The notes under the pieces are model-generated. The model had not been told where the DNA came from, ran no database searches, and worked only from the letters and a program-made list of their open reading frames with translations. From contig CAWGKX010000008.1 in assembly GCA_963823285.1 (NCBI GenBank), positions 85,851 to 149,850 on the forward strand: a stretch of DNA of 64,000 nt, written 5' to 3'. The DNA comes from an uncultured Bacteroidales bacterium (GTDB lineage Bacteria > Bacteroidota > Bacteroidia > Bacteroidales > JAGOPY01). The stretch's first letter is position 1. Every line of letters begins with the position of its first letter. Both the position numbers and the translations under genes were made by a program. This document shows positions 1-9,479 of the stretch, in pieces.

Positions 1-623
1 GAACAAGTCAAAAGCTGAAATAATCGAAAGTATAAATCAACGAATAAAAAATATACCAGTTTTTGCAATTAGCAATGAAACACAGGATGGATACGAAGCC
101 TTGAAACAGATAATTGAAAAGGGTAAGACTTTTTGTATGCTTGGTTCTTCCGGAGTTGGAAAATCCACTTTGTTGAATAATCTTTCCGGAAGGACTATAA
201 TGAGAACAGATGCAATCAGCAAAAGCACAAACAAAGGTAGACACGTTACAAGTCATAGGGAATTAATTGTTTTGCAAAATGGTGGAATACTTGTTGACAA
301 TCCCGGAATGAGAGAAGTCGGAATCGTTGATACAGCCTACGGATTGGAGACCACATTCGATAAAATATTCAGCTCTTTCTCAAAATTGTAAATTCAAAGA
401 TTGTACACATACCAGTGAGATAGGATGTTCGGTTCTTGAAGCCATTGAAAATGGAGAGATAGACAAAAATTCTTATGAAAATTACCTAAAAATGGAAAGA
501 GAGAAAACCCATTTTGAATCATCGGTTGTTGAAAGACGAAAAAAGGATAAGGATTTTGGAAAAATGGTAAAAAACTATAAAAAAGACATGATTAGAAATA
601 AGCCGAAGCACAACAACGGGTAA
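1..623 (+). CDS. rsgA: Ribosome small subunit-dependent GTPase A (5'-truncated by the window; apparent +1 frameshift near 365-375)
   Basis: GSSGVGKSTLLN, KGRHVTS and DNPGMRE in one frame, then the Zn-finger CKFKDCTHxxExGC in the +1 frame (ORFs 101..391 and 327..623). Confidence 0.85.
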
Positions 624-681
624 GCAATTTTATTAAAATATATTCGTTAATCGAATATATCCAAACCAAAAACACAATAAA

Positions 682-1431
682 ATGAAAAAGCTCCTTTCAA
701 TTTTATTTACCTTATCGATTTCTGGAATTTGTTTAAGTCAAAACGGATTTTACGTTGGCTATGAAAATGGAGGGTTATTTGACAGGTTTCATTATGTGAA
801 CAGTAAAGGATTTGAATTGACCCAGACATCAATTGGTGGCGTATTAGGTGGAATTGTGGGTTATAAGTATAAAAGTTATAGTTTGGAAACAGGATTCTAT
901 GGTTATTTTTCCAATAGTCCTTTTGTTGATTATAATTATTACACATCCGAAGTAAGTAAATCAAACTCTTCAGGCAGCGGAGCAGAAAGTTGGGTTATTC
1001 CAATACGCCTTGGAATGGAATTTTTAACTGCCAGGCAAAAAATATTTTTTAAACCTGAGATTGCATTTAATACATTCATTTCACGTGATTATTCAGAAGG
1101 CCAACCTACTATGGGTTGGGGTGAAAATGTATCTGCATTTCCCGGAGATCCTAATTTTATTTCCACTACATCAGATTCAACCAGAGCATATGGTTATATC
1201 TCTTCAAAGATGAATTTTGGGATCGAAACTAGTTTATCTATCGGTTACCGATTCAAACAAAAGGCCGATCTTTTTATTAAAGGGAGTTATCTTGCTAATT
1301 TCAGTCCGTTGTACTATGAAACAATAACTCATTATTCAGATACTGAAATAGTGAGTGCCACAAATGTTAATGTCAATTCATTTTTAATGCAAATTGGTTT
1401 AAAATACTACTTCGCAAAAAGAGAGAAATGA
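682..1431 (+). CDS. Outer-membrane beta-barrel-like protein
   Basis: Signal peptide, alternating aromatic/Gly strands, C-terminal GLKYYF. Confidence 0.65.
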   Translation: MKKLLSILFTLSISGICLSQNGFYVGYENGGLFDRFHYVNSKGFELTQTSIGGVLGGIVGYKYKSYSLETGFYGYFSNSPFVDYNYYTSEVSKSNSSGSGAESWVIPIRLGMEFLTARQKIFFKPEIAFNTFISRDYSEGQPTMGWGENVSAFPGDPNFISTTSDSTRAYGYISSKMNFGIETSLSIGYRFKQKADLFIKGSYLANFSPLYYETITHYSDTEIVSATNVNVNSFLMQIGLKYYFAKREK

Positions 1432-1705
1432 AATTGCCTACCCATAACGAACGCTCAGTGCCCAGCCCGGGAGAAAAAGTCGTCAGTCCCGAAAAACAGC
1501 GAATCTTTGATTCGGTAGTTTTTCGAGGATCCTCGAAATGTCATCAAAATTTCAAAGAAATTTTGGACATTTCGGGATCATCAGTCGTCAGTCTTTAGTC
1601 GTTAGTCTTTGATTTTGAGTTAATTTTAGACTGCCGAGTAATGACCAGCGACTAACGACTAAAAGGAACGGGCGGAGGCGCTGGGCTCGAACGATAGGCG
1701 CAATT
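1432..1705. repeat. Long imperfect palindrome (attC-like ends) with nested hairpins
   Basis: AATTGCCTA..AACGAACGCTCAGTGCCCAGCCCG pairs with CGGGCGGAGGCGCTGGGCTCGAACGATAGGCGCAATT; inner stems GAATC/GATTC, CGAGGATCCTCG, CGAAATGTC/GACATTTCG. Confidence 0.55.
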
Positions 1706-1737
1706 AGGCACGTTAAATTAATTATTCGGGAAATATT

Positions 1738-2355
1738 ATGTTTAAAAGACTCATAGCCAAAACTTTTCGAAAACCGAGCGGTTTATTGGGCCTTTATGTC
1801 ATCAGGTTCATGAAAAAAAATCAAATAGAATATGATGAAATGGATCCTTTGCTTAAACTAAATAAGGACGACATTGTGCTGGAAATCGGATATGGATTAG
1901 GTAAAGGAATTTATGATTATTCAAAGAAGTATGACTGTACTTTTCATGGAATTGATTTTTCCCGGTTAATGTATTCGAAAGCAAGCAGGTTAAACCATGA
2001 AAATATAAGACTAGGTAAAGTAATTCTTCAATGTGCTGATTTCGATAATTATAGTTATGAAAATGATGCTTTTCATTGCATATATTTTTTGAATGTAATC
2101 TATTTCTGGGACGATATTCATAGTCGGTTGAAAAAGATCTTCTCCATTCTGAAACAAAATGGCAAAGTAATCATTTTCATGGCAGATGCGGAGTGTTTCA
2201 AGGATATCAAACAACCTGAAGGTGAAACAATTTATTACCTGTATAGTATTGGAGATGTAGTTAAAGAAATGGGAAAAATCGGATTTAAAGCCATTGAAAC
2301 AATTGAGCATACGAAAGAGAAGAAGTGTTACTACGTCATTGGATATAAAAAATAA
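1738..2355 (+). CDS. Class I SAM-dependent methyltransferase
   Basis: VLEIGYGLG motif I, GIDFS, NVIYFW. Confidence 0.85.
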   Translation: MFKRLIAKTFRKPSGLLGLYVIRFMKKNQIEYDEMDPLLKLNKDDIVLEIGYGLGKGIYDYSKKYDCTFHGIDFSRLMYSKASRLNHENIRLGKVILQCADFDNYSYENDAFHCIYFLNVIYFWDDIHSRLKKIFSILKQNGKVIIFMADAECFKDIKQPEGETIYYLYSIGDVVKEMGKIGFKAIETIEHTKEKKCYYVIGYKK

Positions 2356-2510
2356 CGTATGCAACAGCGCTCAACAGCTGCTAAAACCCAGCGGGGCTGA
2401 GGTGTAGACAATTTTTCAATTACAATAAAAGCTTTAACTTTAACGTGGGATAGAGATGCTGCTTCGAACTCCCCGCCGTTTTTTAGTGGCAAGCGTCGAG
2501 CGTTATGCGT
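2355..2510. repeat. attC-like imperfect inverted repeat
   Basis: ACGTATGCAAC-AGCGCTCAAC..CTAAAA..GCGGGG pairs with CCCCGC..TTTTAG..GTCGAGC-GTTATGCGT immediately after the stop codon. Confidence 0.55.
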
Positions 2511-2637
2511 CATTATTTGAGCTACAGTGTAAGCCCCCTATTTTTAGGACACTTCTGATGTAGAGATCTCCGGCTGAAAAATTTTATTATAATTATCTTG
2601 ACATAATTCTTATATTCGTATATTCGTATAGAATAAG

Positions 2638-3198
2638 ATGATACTGTATATCAAATATATGGTGAGCCTTCGCTGCAAAATGGTGGTGAAGTCGGAATTG
2701 GATAAACTTGGCCTGGCTTACAGAACAGTAGACCTGGGTGAAGTTCTTATGGAGGGAAATATTACAGATGAACAACGCGCCCATCTGAAAACCGCTTTAT
2801 TGAAATCAGGACTTGAATTGATGGATGATAAAAAAGCCATCCTGGTTGAAACAATTAAAAATATCATCATTGAAATGGTGCATTATGAAGATGAATTGCC
2901 CAAAACAAATTTTTCCGATTACCTGAGTGAAAAATTGAATTACAGCTATACTTATCTTGCCAATCTATTTTCGGAAACCAAAGGGATCACGATTGAACAT
3001 TTCATGATCCTTCATAAAATTGAAAAGGTCAAAGAGTTGATCCTTTATGACGAACTGTCTCTTTCTGAAATTGCCTGGAAACTTCATTATAGCAGTGTTG
3101 GACATTTATCCAATCAATTTAAAAAGATAACTGGATTAACGCCTACCTATTTTAAGTCCCTCAAAGAAAAAAGACACGACACGCTTGAAAATGTGTGA
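2638..3198 (+). CDS. AraC-family transcriptional regulator
   Basis: C-terminal HTH LSLSEIAWKLHYSSVGHLSNQFKKITGLTP; N-terminal MVSLRC motif. Confidence 0.9.
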   Translation: MILYIKYMVSLRCKMVVKSELDKLGLAYRTVDLGEVLMEGNITDEQRAHLKTALLKSGLELMDDKKAILVETIKNIIIEMVHYEDELPKTNFSDYLSEKLNYSYTYLANLFSETKGITIEHFMILHKIEKVKELILYDELSLSEIAWKLHYSSVGHLSNQFKKITGLTPTYFKSLKEKRHDTLENV

Positions 3199-3258
3199 AT
3201 AATGTAACTCTTTTGAAAAATTGTGTAACAGATTTCGGTACAGGCCGGCATACCTTTG
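3191..3258 (+). promoter_or_regulatory. Duplicated operator plus promoter motif, copy 1
   Basis: ATGTGTGAATnATGTAA...TGTGTAACA, with TACCTTTG (-7 element) 60 bp after the motif start. Confidence 0.6.
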
Positions 3259-3322
3259 TCAATCGAATAATCTATTCACGCCTTTCCCGCAGGAAGCGGA
3301 AAACAAAATAAATCATAACATT

Positions 3323-3478
3323 ATGGGAAATTTACTTTATATCATAGCTGTAATCCTGATCATCGGATGGGCGCTCGGATTCTTTTATTTCAGCGCAGGC
3401 GGTATAATACACGTCCTTCTTGTAATTGCTATTATTGCAATATTATTCCAGCTTATCCGGGGAAGGAGAATTGATTGA
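3323..3478 (+). CDS. lmo0937-family small membrane protein
   Basis: MGNLLYIIAVILIIGWALGFF...IHVLLVIAIIAIL. Confidence 0.85.
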   Translation: MGNLLYIIAVILIIGWALGFFYFSAGGIIHVLLVIAIIAILFQLIRGRRID

Positions 3479-3666
3479 ACTCCGCGAAAATATTTAAAAT
3501 GGCCGCCATAGGCCTGTTAGGTGCCGGGCTGCTGCTCAGTACCTTTTCCTGTACAGTTTTTGTCAGAAGTGACGATGGACGGCATAAAGGGTGGGACAAG
3601 AATTCAAATAACCCGCATCATTCCGAAACCACTAACCCCGGACATTCCAAGGGGCATTCAAAGTAA
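3475..3666 (+). CDS. Small His/Lys-rich lipoprotein
   Basis: Lipobox-like TFSC followed by GRHKGW..NPHH..NPGH. Confidence 0.6.
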   Translation: MNSAKIFKMAAIGLLGAGLLLSTFSCTVFVRSDDGRHKGWDKNSNNPHHSETTNPGHSKGHSK

Positions 3667-3755
3667 TTTCTAATCTTTGAATTCATTTGCCCGGTCTGGC
3701 CTGACACCCGCTTTTTTCAAATAGTTCAAACACAAGAGACGGATCACAATCGATA

Positions 3756-3823
3756 ATGTGTGAATCATGTAATTCTTTTATTTAAATGTGTAACACTTTC
3801 CGGTTCCGATATCCTGACCTTTG
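3756..3823 (+). promoter_or_regulatory. Duplicated operator plus promoter motif, copy 2
   Basis: Same motif and same 60-bp spacing to GACCTTTG as copy 1. Confidence 0.6.
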
Positions 3824-3862
3824 TACTGTGAAAATGGTCATGATGGTAAATATCTATATAAT

Positions 3863-4201
3863 ATGGAAAATTCGGAAATCGAAAAATCTAAATCACACAT
3901 TACCGTGGAAATCATTGAATATGTTCCAAATTCTGTTGTCATTAAGACGATCCTGAAAAAATCGACCGGAAACATCAGCGTAATGTCATTTGACAGTGGT
4001 GAAGGCCTGACTGAAAAGACCACTCCATTTGACACTTTTGCGCAAATCATTGACGGACAGGCGGAGATCGTTATCAATGGGAAATCCAATTTCCTTGAGA
4101 CAGGCCAGTCGATCGTAATACCTGCTCATTCACCCAATTTTATAAGACCACACGGACGTTTCAAAATGATAATGACCATCATTAAAAGCGGCTACGAATA
4201 G
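3863..4201 (+). CDS. Cupin-domain protein
   Basis: SFDSGEGLTEKTTPFDTFAQIIDGQAEI...GQSIVIPAH. Confidence 0.85.
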   Translation: MENSEIEKSKSHITVEIIEYVPNSVVIKTILKKSTGNISVMSFDSGEGLTEKTTPFDTFAQIIDGQAEIVINGKSNFLETGQSIVIPAHSPNFIRPHGRFKMIMTIIKSGYE

Positions 4202-4217
4202 ATTGCAACTGCCATTT

Positions 4218-5057
4218 ATGAAAAAAATCAATCCTGTCATTAAAGTAAAAGGTTTTGCAACTGTGCAATCTTTGAAGCTCAGTGAAAAAACTATAGCAAA
4301 AACTGCCCAGGCAGGCAATTTTCTAACAAACCTTGCCGATGTTTTCTTATTTATGATGAGGATCTTCCGGGAATCATTTTCGCGAAACTTTGAATTTAAA
4401 GAGTTTTTTCGTCAATGCTTTCAAATCGGATATAAGTCGTTGCCGCTTATTTCAATCACCGGGACCATCATGGGTCTGGTGCTTGCCATACAGTCGCGCC
4501 CGGCGCTTGTCAACTTCGGCGCAGTATCCCTGCTTCCCGGTATGGTGGCCGTATCCCTGATCAGGGAAATGGGCCCGGTTATCACGGCACTTATATGTGC
4601 AGGCAAAATCGGCTCGGGCATGGGAGCCGAATTAGGCTCAATGAGGGTGACCGAACAAATTGATGCCATGGAAGTATCTTCCACCAATCCGATGAGGTTC
4701 CTGGTCGTCACCAGGGTGATAGCTGCAACGCTTATGATACCTTTATTGATTTTATATGCTGACGGACTTGGCATTTTAGGGAGCTGGGCAGGAGCAAATA
4801 TTAAAGGCGATGTCACTTTCACCCTGTTTTTCGCACAGGCATTCAGCCATGTTAAATTTTTGGATTTTATTCCGGCATTCATTAAATCCTTCTTCTTCGG
4901 GGCAACGATCGGATTGGTAGGATGCTATAAAGGATTCAACGCAGGCCGTGGAACTGAAAGTGTCGGGATTGCTGCAAATGCTGCCGTCGTATTAGCATCG
5001 CTGCTGGTCATCATTGAAGATGTGATTGCTGTGCAGATAACGGATATGATTAATTAA
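4218..5057 (+). CDS. mlaE: MlaE-family ABC permease
   Basis: REMGPVITAL, AELGSMRVTEQIDAME. Confidence 0.9.
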   Translation: MKKINPVIKVKGFATVQSLKLSEKTIAKTAQAGNFLTNLADVFLFMMRIFRESFSRNFEFKEFFRQCFQIGYKSLPLISITGTIMGLVLAIQSRPALVNFGAVSLLPGMVAVSLIREMGPVITALICAGKIGSGMGAELGSMRVTEQIDAMEVSSTNPMRFLVVTRVIAATLMIPLLILYADGLGILGSWAGANIKGDVTFTLFFAQAFSHVKFLDFIPAFIKSFFFGATIGLVGCYKGFNAGRGTESVGIAANAAVVLASLLVIIEDVIAVQITDMIN

Positions 5058-5157
5058 ATTCCAAATTACAAATTCCAAATTCCAAATTCCAAACAAAACT
5101 CAAAACTCAAAACTCAAAACTTAAACTTAAACCTTAAACCTTAAACCTTAAAACTAA
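5056..5157. repeat. Heptamer tandem array with drifting unit
   Basis: AAATTCC units grade into AAAACTC, then AAACCTT; fills the mlaE-mlaF gap. Confidence 0.9.
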
Positions 5158-5159
5158 CT

Positions 5160-5891
5160 ATGAGTGCGCCGGTTATCGATATAAAGAATCTCAGGAAATC
5201 ATTCGGGCCGCAGGAAGTGCTGAAAAATGTTTCCTTAAAGCTAAATGATGGCGAAAACCTGGCGGTGCTCGGCAAATCAGGCACAGGCAAATCTGTTTTG
5301 ATAAAATGTATCGTTGGATTATTAAAAGCAGATGGTGGTACCATAAATGTGTTCGATAAAAATGTGTCTGAATTGAGCGAGGAAGAAATGAGCGAGATGA
5401 GGCAGAAGATCGGCTTTCTTTTTCAGAGCGGCGCATTGTATGATTCTATGACGGTCAGACAGAACCTGGAATTTCCGTTGAGAAGAATTAAGAAGGATCT
5501 TTCCGAAAAGGAAATTAAAGAAAAAGTCAACGAGGTCCTGGAAAATGTCGGCCTGGCTGATGCATTGAATAAGATGCCTTCACAACTCTCAGGCGGCATG
5601 CGCAAACGGATAAGTTTAGCACGGACCATTGTGGTGGACCCGATGATCATGCTGTATGACGAGCCCACGACAGGTCTTGACCCGGTCACTTCCGATGAAA
5701 TAAGTTCTCTCATCAATAAGGTTCAAAAAAAATATAAAACTTCTTCCCTGATCATCACGCATGATATTAAGTGTGCGATCGCCACCGCAGACCGGATAAT
5801 CATGCTGGAGGACGGCGAAGTTTACAAGGAAGGGAAATTAACGGACTTTGAAAACTCAACCGATCCCGTAATTCATTCATTCTTTAATTAA
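5160..5891 (+). CDS. mlaF: MlaF-family ABC ATP-binding protein
   Basis: GKSGTGKS, FQSGALYDS, LSGGMRKR, YDEPTTGLDP. Confidence 0.9.
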   Translation: MSAPVIDIKNLRKSFGPQEVLKNVSLKLNDGENLAVLGKSGTGKSVLIKCIVGLLKADGGTINVFDKNVSELSEEEMSEMRQKIGFLFQSGALYDSMTVRQNLEFPLRRIKKDLSEKEIKEKVNEVLENVGLADALNKMPSQLSGGMRKRISLARTIVVDPMIMLYDEPTTGLDPVTSDEISSLINKVQKKYKTSSLIITHDIKCAIATADRIIMLEDGEVYKEGKLTDFENSTDPVIHSFFN

Positions 5892-5902
5892 AATTCAGAA
5901 TC

Positions 5903-5931
5903 CAACATTCAACATTCAACATTCAACATTC
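5903..5931. repeat. (CAACATT)4 array
   Basis: Direct reading; just before the mlaD start. Confidence 0.9.
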
Positions 5932-5934
5932 AAA

Positions 5935-6750
5935 ATGATCATGGATACGCACACACAAAAATTTAAGATACGACTGGGGCTCTTTATTGCAGGAGGCCTG
6001 GCACTCTTTGTATTTGCCATATTTATCATAGGAAAACAAAAAAACCTGTTTAATCCTGTATTCGCGATTTCCGCTACTTTTAATAACATCAGCGGATTGC
6101 AGGTTGGCAATACTGTCCGCTTCTCAGGGATCAGCGTAGGCACTGTTGATGATATCAACATCATTAACGATTCCACAATAAAGGTAGATATGCTGATCAG
6201 GAAAGAGGTAATGAAGTTTATAAAATCGGACTGCATAGCTGCCATAGGCTCTGCAGGGCTGATTGGCGACCGGCTGATCATCATTACGCATGGCAGCCCG
6301 GATGCACCCCTGATAAAAGAAGGGCAACAACTGGCGACCAAGGAGCCTGTAGAAATGGACGCCATCATGGCAAGTTTGAAGGTGACAGCAGGCAATGCCG
6401 AGTATATTTCGGCACAACTTGCAGAGATCATATTTAACGTAAACAGCGGAAAAGGAACCATTGGAAGGTTAATCCAGGATTCAACCATTGCCGAAAATTT
6501 GAGCGAGACCATGTATAATCTGAAAACAAGTTCCATAAGCCTGGATGAAAACATGGAAGCAGCCAAACATAACTTTCTTCTGAAAGGCTATTTTAAAAAG
6601 AAAGAGAAAGCTGCCGAAAAACTTAAGGAAGAGGAGCAAAAGGCAACTGACAAGCAAAAGAAGGCTGACGAGAAAAAATTGCGAAATGACCAAAAGGAGG
6701 CAGATCAGTTGAAGGAAGATGAAAAAAAGAAAGAGGAAGAAAAGAAATAA
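5935..6750 (+). CDS. mlaD: MlaD/MCE-family protein
   Basis: N-terminal TM, GLQVGNTVRFSGISVGTV, GLIGD, charged C-terminal tail. Confidence 0.9.
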   Translation: MIMDTHTQKFKIRLGLFIAGGLALFVFAIFIIGKQKNLFNPVFAISATFNNISGLQVGNTVRFSGISVGTVDDINIINDSTIKVDMLIRKEVMKFIKSDCIAAIGSAGLIGDRLIIITHGSPDAPLIKEGQQLATKEPVEMDAIMASLKVTAGNAEYISAQLAEIIFNVNSGKGTIGRLIQDSTIAENLSETMYNLKTSSISLDENMEAAKHNFLLKGYFKKKEKAAEKLKEEEQKATDKQKKADEKKLRNDQKEADQLKEDEKKKEEEKK

Positions 6751-6802
6751 TTAATCTTTGGGCGGGGGCTCCCGGAAAAAAAGAGCTGAATTCAAATAAG
6801 TC

Positions 6803-7915
6803 ATGATAGGTAAAGAATTGAATCTGCCATTCTATGTCAAGGCGACATTGTTTTTAGTTGGCTTGTATGTCTTGTTTTTGATCTTGTATATTACCAGGAG
6901 CATCATTGTCCCGTTTATTTTCTCGACCATTCTTGCCATTTTACTCCAGCCGGTCGTCGTTTTTTTTGAACGGTTAAGAATAAACAGGCTGTTGGCTATT
7001 TTCATCACTTTATTGCTTACCGCCGTAATTCTTGTTGCATTTGGCGGTCTTTTAATTTCACAGGGTGTCCGGCTCAGCGAATCATGGCCGGCACTGGTCG
7101 AAAAATTCAACGGAACGCTTGACCAGGCCATTGCGTGGGTTTCCGGTTCTTTTGATATAGAACCGCAAACCATCTATGCCTGGATTGCAAAAACAAGAAG
7201 CGAGATGACCATAGCCATCAGCCATTCCATCGGTCAGACTCTCGTCATTGTCGGCAGCGGGATCATGATCCTTTTTTTACTTCCCTTATACATCTTTTTG
7301 ATTTTATATTACCAACCCCTCTTACTCAACTTTATCCACAGGCTCACTAACGAAAACAACAAAAGCCAGGTATGGGAAGTGGTATCCAGGACCAAAACGC
7401 TCATTCAACGCTATCTTATCGGACTGATCATAGAAGGGGTAATCGTGGCCATCCTGGAAATTGCAACACTTTTGATATTTGGAATCGAATATGCGATCCT
7501 GCTTGGAATTATCGGCGCATTGCTGAACGTAATCCCTTACATCGGGGGAATAGTTGCCGTTGCATTGCCTATGATTGTGGCCTTAGCGACCAAGGATTCT
7601 GCCTGGTATGCGGTCTACATTTTAATTTTCTACTACATCATCCAGCTTATTGACAATAACTTCATCGTAATTAAAATAGTGGCATCGAAAGTGAAAATCA
7701 ATGCCCTTTTTTCTATTATCGTGGTACTTGCCGGGAATGCGCTATGGGGCATACCTGGCATGTTTCTTTCTATACCGCTGCTGGCCATTGTAAAACTAAT
7801 TTTTGATCATGTTGAAACTTTAAAACCCTGGGGATTTTTATTAGGTGACACCATGCCCAATATATTAAAGATTAAACCATTCCGCATAAAATGGATAAGT
7901 AATAAAGAAAAATAA
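6803..7915 (+). CDS. AI-2E family transporter
   Basis: Multi-TM; NVIPYIG, QLIDNN, WGIPGMFLSIP. Confidence 0.9.
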   Translation: MIGKELNLPFYVKATLFLVGLYVLFLILYITRSIIVPFIFSTILAILLQPVVVFFERLRINRLLAIFITLLLTAVILVAFGGLLISQGVRLSESWPALVEKFNGTLDQAIAWVSGSFDIEPQTIYAWIAKTRSEMTIAISHSIGQTLVIVGSGIMILFLLPLYIFLILYYQPLLLNFIHRLTNENNKSQVWEVVSRTKTLIQRYLIGLIIEGVIVAILEIATLLIFGIEYAILLGIIGALLNVIPYIGGIVAVALPMIVALATKDSAWYAVYILIFYYIIQLIDNNFIVIKIVASKVKINALFSIIVVLAGNALWGIPGMFLSIPLLAIVKLIFDHVETLKPWGFLLGDTMPNILKIKPFRIKWISNKEK

Positions 7916-7994
7916 AGGCAGGAGAGAGTAGGGGTCATACTTCTTAAAACTTTGCTAATTTTACCCAAACTTTCAACGCATGCGTCGTCCCAGG

Positions 7995-9476
7995 ATGAAA
8001 TTCCATATAAGTTACCAGATGATCGTATGGTCTTTGGTCACAATGGCTGTTATCCTGGGGGGCGGATTCCTGATCATCAGCTATATTTATCAACTGCAGG
8101 ATGAAACCAATGCGCTGATCAGGCAAAATGTCCGGAGTGCCGGGACAGCCAGGGAACTTACGCTGTCATTGTACGACATCCGGGCCGCATCGCTGACATA
8201 CCTGTTTGACCGCAGCCCGGAACGAATCGCGGCCCTCGACTCTAAACAGTCTGATTTCATCCTTTTGCTGGAAGAAGCCAAGCACTCGGCAACGACAGAA
8301 GAAGAAAAAAACCTGCTGCAACAAATTTCAGCTCTTTTTTCCAATTACCAGCAGACCCTTACAAATGCACTTGAACTTCACCGCAAGGGGTATATCGGCC
8401 AGCCCAATGCGCTGATCGTCCACGCCAGCCAGGACCTTATCAATACCATTGACGAAAAGACCAGCATTTTCATTTCAATCAATGAAACTGCGCAGGCAGC
8501 CTATGAGGAAACTATAAGGAAAAACGACAATATTATCCGGACTGCGATGTATGCCCTCGGAGCCGGAGGCATAATCCTCGGAGTGGTGCTCGGATGGATG
8601 ATAGCTCGTATCATCCTTAACCCTATCTATAAATTGGTTTTAAAAGTCAGGGATGCGGCGGGAAGCGAAGTGGTGGAGCATATCAAAATGTCGCCCGGCA
8701 AAGAACTGGAAGAGCTTGACCTGCATATTAACCGCCTGATCGGGAGGATTAACCAGGCCCATGAGGATCTGCAGAAGAACCGGGAATTGCTGGAACGCAC
8801 GAATAAACTGGCAGCCATCGGGAAGATAGCGCCTGCGCTGGCACATGAGATCCGGAACCCTCTGACTGCCATCAAGATGCTGATATATGCCATGATGAAG
8901 GAACCTGGCATCAGCACCGATAAACAACACGACCTGGAAATCATCACCCATGAGATCAACCGTGTTGAAGGTTTTCTCCAGAATTTCCTCAAATATGCCC
9001 GTCCGGCCAGGCCCCAGATGCAAATGGTAAATATCATCCCGGCGATCCGGGAAACCCTCCAACTAATGCAGCCCCGGTTCAATCAGAGCAACATCACGCT
9101 TTCAGAAACCCATGAGAAGGATAACCTCCAGATCAAGGCTGATCCGGATATGATCAGGCAGATCGTCATGAACCTGGTGCTGAATGCTATTGAATCGATG
9201 GGGCAGGACGGGGAGCTGAAATTTACGACCCTTGTAAAAACCGACGATCCCGAAAACCCGATATTCCAGATCATTATCAGTGACACCGGGCCCGGTATTC
9301 CCGACGAAATAAAGGATTCGCTTTTTGACCCGTTCGTAAAAGGAAAAGACCAGGGGATCGGGCTCGGATTGTCGATTTCACAGAGGATTGCAGAATTGCA
9401 CCACGGATGGATCAGCGCTGCCAACAACCCCGGCAAAGGCGCGACTTTCACTATTCATTTGCCAATGAAAACCTAA
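7995..9476 (+). CDS. Membrane sensor histidine kinase (periplasmic four-helix sensor)
   Basis: Two TMs, LAHEIRNPL H-box, NLVLNA, DTGPGI, GLGLSI. Confidence 0.92.
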   Translation: MKFHISYQMIVWSLVTMAVILGGGFLIISYIYQLQDETNALIRQNVRSAGTARELTLSLYDIRAASLTYLFDRSPERIAALDSKQSDFILLLEEAKHSATTEEEKNLLQQISALFSNYQQTLTNALELHRKGYIGQPNALIVHASQDLINTIDEKTSIFISINETAQAAYEETIRKNDNIIRTAMYALGAGGIILGVVLGWMIARIILNPIYKLVLKVRDAAGSEVVEHIKMSPGKELEELDLHINRLIGRINQAHEDLQKNRELLERTNKLAAIGKIAPALAHEIRNPLTAIKMLIYAMMKEPGISTDKQHDLEIITHEINRVEGFLQNFLKYARPARPQMQMVNIIPAIRETLQLMQPRFNQSNITLSETHEKDNLQIKADPDMIRQIVMNLVLNAIESMGQDGELKFTTLVKTDDPENPIFQIIISDTGPGIPDEIKDSLFDPFVKGKDQGIGLGLSISQRIAELHHGWISAANNPGKGATFTIHLPMKT

Positions 9477-9479
9477 GCG

